A stretch of 64,000 nucleotides of DNA from Marsupella aquatica (Eukaryota > Plantae > Marchantiophyta). A model generated the notes under the pieces. The model was not told the origin of the DNA. It saw only the letters and a list, made by a program, of their open reading frames with translations, and did no database searches. Location of the stretch: the NCBI GenBank assembly GCA_973895155.1, contig OZ316893.1, positions 1 to 64,000 of the forward strand. The letters are read 5' to 3'. The translations under genes were made by a program, and so were the position numbers. Below are positions 61,340 to 64,000 of the stretch, piece by piece; within the stretch, counting starts at the first letter, position 1, and each line of letters starts with the position of its first letter.

Positions 61340-62274
61340 TAAAGTACCCCGCCGACGAGCTATCTGTGTGGATTATCACCTTGGGACCGTTCTTAAGGTA
61401 AATTTCCCACTTCTTCAACGCATAGATCACCGCATACATTTCCCTTTCCGGCGTGATCCAATGATTTTCCAACTTACATGACTCGAAGGCCACCGGGCGC
61501 CCATCTTGGTGAAGACAGGCGCCAATGGCGTAATCACTTGCGTCTGTCCAAATCTCGAACGGTTTCCCCATCTCAGGTAACTTTAGAACTGGCGGCGTTA
61601 TCATTAGCCGCTTAAGTTCTAGGAATGCTAACTCGCAATCCTTTGTCCACACAAACACTTTGTTTTTCAACGTTAGCGCATTTAGGGGCCTTGCGATCCT
61701 CGCATAGTCTTTCATGTATCTCCGATAGAACCCCGTAAAACCCAAGAAGGCCCTAACCTGCCTTACATTGGACGGGCGCTCCCATTCTTTGATGTCCTTA
61801 AGCTTGTCTTGACTAGGTGTAATCCCCTCCGGGGTAAAGGTATGGCCGAGGAACTGAATCTCATTCATCGCAAACTCGCACTTGCTAGGTTTAGCAAAGA
61901 GACGAGCCTTACAAAGGCGAGAGAACACTTCTCTGAGCAACTGCTCGTGTTCCTCCAACATTGTCGAGTAGATTAGGATGTCGTCTATAAAGACGACCAC
62001 TCCTTGGTCTAACAAGTCATGAAAGATGGTATTCATCATCTTCATGAACGTTGCGGTTGCATTACACAACCCGAACGGCATAACCAAAAATTTGTAGGAT
62101 CCGAACCTTGTGCGCATTGCGGTCTTATACTTGGATCCCTTAGCCATGCGGATCTGGTAATAACCAGACCGCAAGTCTACCTTTGAAAACTTCTTAGCCC
62201 CGGAGAGGCAATCGAAGAGATCATCCATATGAGGTAACGGGTACTTGTTCTTTACCGTTTGCTTATTGAGGGCC

Positions 62275-64000
62275 GGTGGAAAGCATGATTGAGGGGTACA
62301 TAAAAAGGATCTCCAAAGTCTCCACCAAAAGGAGTGAGTCCTAGTGAATTTTGCAATAAATTGGGGGGTGTTACACTCAAGGGCCAAGATGTAGAAGGGT
62401 CAAATCTAAGGCTGGATTTGAATATGAATGAAAGATGCATTAAGTATTCATTTGGACTGGTTGAAGTACAGTCTATGTGCCTAATTCCTATCTTGGACTT
62501 TAGCAAGGACGACGTTTAAATGTTCTCCTTGGATCCCGTGTCATTTAATGGAGCAAGTTGCGGCTCGTAGTGTGTTTGAATACAAGGACTCAAAGTCGAT
62601 GCTTTTGAAAATAAGGACTGAAGTGGGCAAGGACTCATAGTCGATGTTTGAAATTGATCGAGCGCGCGCGGATTTTGTTACTTAGATTAGAAGCACAAGT
62701 TCTAGTCAGAATGGTCGTGGGACGGGCACACACCAACAGCAAAGGGCTCCTATCTTGCGGATGGCTATGGTGGTCTCGGATTACTCATCAAAGGATCTCT
62801 CATCTTGGATCTCGATCTTGGATCTCTCATCTCTCATCTCGGATCTCGGATCTCTCATCTCGGATTTACAGCAATGCATCTTGGAGATTGAGGAGCACTA
62901 TGATTGAAGCGTTGGTGGACCTTGGGCGATTGTTGAGCTTTGCCATGGTGCTCGCAGGATCAAATGGGTACGCAAGTTTAGAAGTATTAGCCTAGTATCA
63001 AGTAGAATCTGAATGCTCCTGATGCTCCGCAGCCCACTTTCAATACCTCCCAAGTTCTGTCCAGTACTTGATGCGATGCCTCACATTGGATGGCTACTCT
63101 TCCTGAAGTCCACGATGCCCTAGCAAGAGAGAGATCAGAAAGGCGAAACCTTAGCAGACGCAAGTCCTATTGTAATAGGCAGCAACGGAACACCCATGGA
63201 CAATCGATTGCACATGGTGGTAATAGTAACGATGTGGCTGGACAGGGATTGTTGGAAGATGCGCGAAACAAATGCCAGCAAATGATTTCATCTGCTGAGA
63301 ATGAAGCGAGTAGAATTTGTGCGGAGGCTTCCCAAGAGGCTACCGACATCATAGTGAATGCAAGTACACAAGCTACTAGCATCCTAGAGTCTGCACATTT
63401 ACAATGTGACAATTTGATACAAAGAAGACACATTCTCCGCAATCGCATAGGGCGTCAAGAAGCACGTCTTTGGTCCATACATCATGGGCAACTTCTTCGT
63501 GAGAGCATGCATGGCCAATCTTCAGAGCTGCAGCGGGAGAGTTCAGCTTCGAGGCAAGCAAACTGTCAATCCTCTGCTTCAACAGAATTTAGAGCACGAG
63601 ATGCTCAAAGGAAGCGAGCATCATACTGGGAGAAGAAGGGTAATACACGCACAGACGCCCGACAATGTGAGTCTGCTGGTGATTTAGAAGACAAATTGAA
63701 TTCCAATAGGGGAAGACGAAGTGTTCAGTCTCAGGTGTCTATGGCGGTGACATCCATCTTGAGTAGATTGGACAAATTTAATTTGTCTGCAAGGAAGCTA
63801 TTTTTCACTAAGTTTATGCTCCATCCTTCCTTGATGAAGTACCTCCCTGCAGTTTTTGGCACTCGTCGGAGAGATGTAGCGATACTTGCTGCAGTTGCTG
63901 ACCTAAAGAATTGCTTGCAAAAAGTGAAGACTGCAAAGCGGAAAGACCATCTAGGTGCAAAGCAGATCTTGACAGTTGCATTGGCAGGCCAGGCGACAGT
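62275..64000 (+). mobile_element. Left end of a larger DNA transposon related to the MITE
   Basis: 62275-62383 is the reverse complement of MITE 61231-61339 (109 bp, including the TIR). It interrupts the RT just before ALNKQT. Confidence 0.65.
63090..64000 (+). CDS. Open ORF (>300 aa) running off the window; possible transposase N-terminus
   Basis: Manual translation MATLPEVHDALARE...LAGQAT shows no stop from ATG 63090 to the window end. It is absent from the ORF track because it lacks a stop. Confidence 0.6.
   Translation, partial: MATLPEVHDALARERSERRNLSRRKSYCNRQQRNTHGQSIAHGGNSNDVAGQGLLEDARNKCQQMISSAENEASRICAEASQEATDIIVNASTQATSILESAHLQCDNLIQRRHILRNRIGRQEARLWSIHHGQLLRESMHGQSSELQRESSASRQANCQSSASTEFRARDAQRKRASYWEKKGNTRTDARQCESAGDLEDKLNSNRGRRSVQSQVSMAVTSILSRLDKFNLSARKLFFTKFMLHPSLMKYLPAVFGTRRRDVAILAAVADLKNCLQKVKTAKRKDHLGAKQILTVALAGQAT

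Larger units (their letters stand above)
58882..62274 (-). mobile_element. Decayed chromovirus (Ty3/Gypsy) pol: RT, RNase H, integrase, chromodomain, then PPT
   Basis: KVDLRSGYYQIR, MPFGLCNA, FIDDILIYS, WTDASDYAIG, SMDFIVGLP..DRDTKF..DGQTERVN, YAGPY, FEVEAILDHR..YLVKWAGY..STWEPEENL. Frameshifted. PPT-like AAAGGGGGGGAG at 58882-58893. Confidence 0.93.

Overview
Eukaryotic DNA from a land plant, probably a bryophyte/moss (inferred from TTTAGGG repeats, spliceosomal introns and plant gene fragments). The main feature is a candidate ~40.5-kb cargo-carrying mobile element (~1221-41763). Both of its junctions carry the same 248-bp sequence running into (CCCTAAA)n, and degenerate telomere-like C-rich and G-rich blocks sit in inverted orientation just inside the ends. 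The gene nearest the right end is an intact, uninterrupted 1653-aa ORF that fuses Zn fingers, a DUF3505/OrsD-like domain, a tyrosine-recombinase-like catalytic domain (R..K..RH..H..Y) and a RecQ helicase. The only other long intact ORFs inside are two diverged paralogous 2OG/Fe(II) dioxygenases resembling TET/JBP. The rest of the interior is a mosaic of decayed host gene pieces: INTS7-like, NADK2, IRK/PXC2-type LRR-RLK, PPR E/E+, PI-PLC, CDKA, PP2A B', OEP16-3-like and a NIP aquaporin. A 121-bp satellite occupies the left edge. The right third holds TE debris, two Ty3/Gypsy relics (one with a chromodomain), a 357-bp MITE, and a possible autonomous partner of that MITE whose ORF runs off the window. 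All family assignments are by-eye motif recognition; no searches were run.
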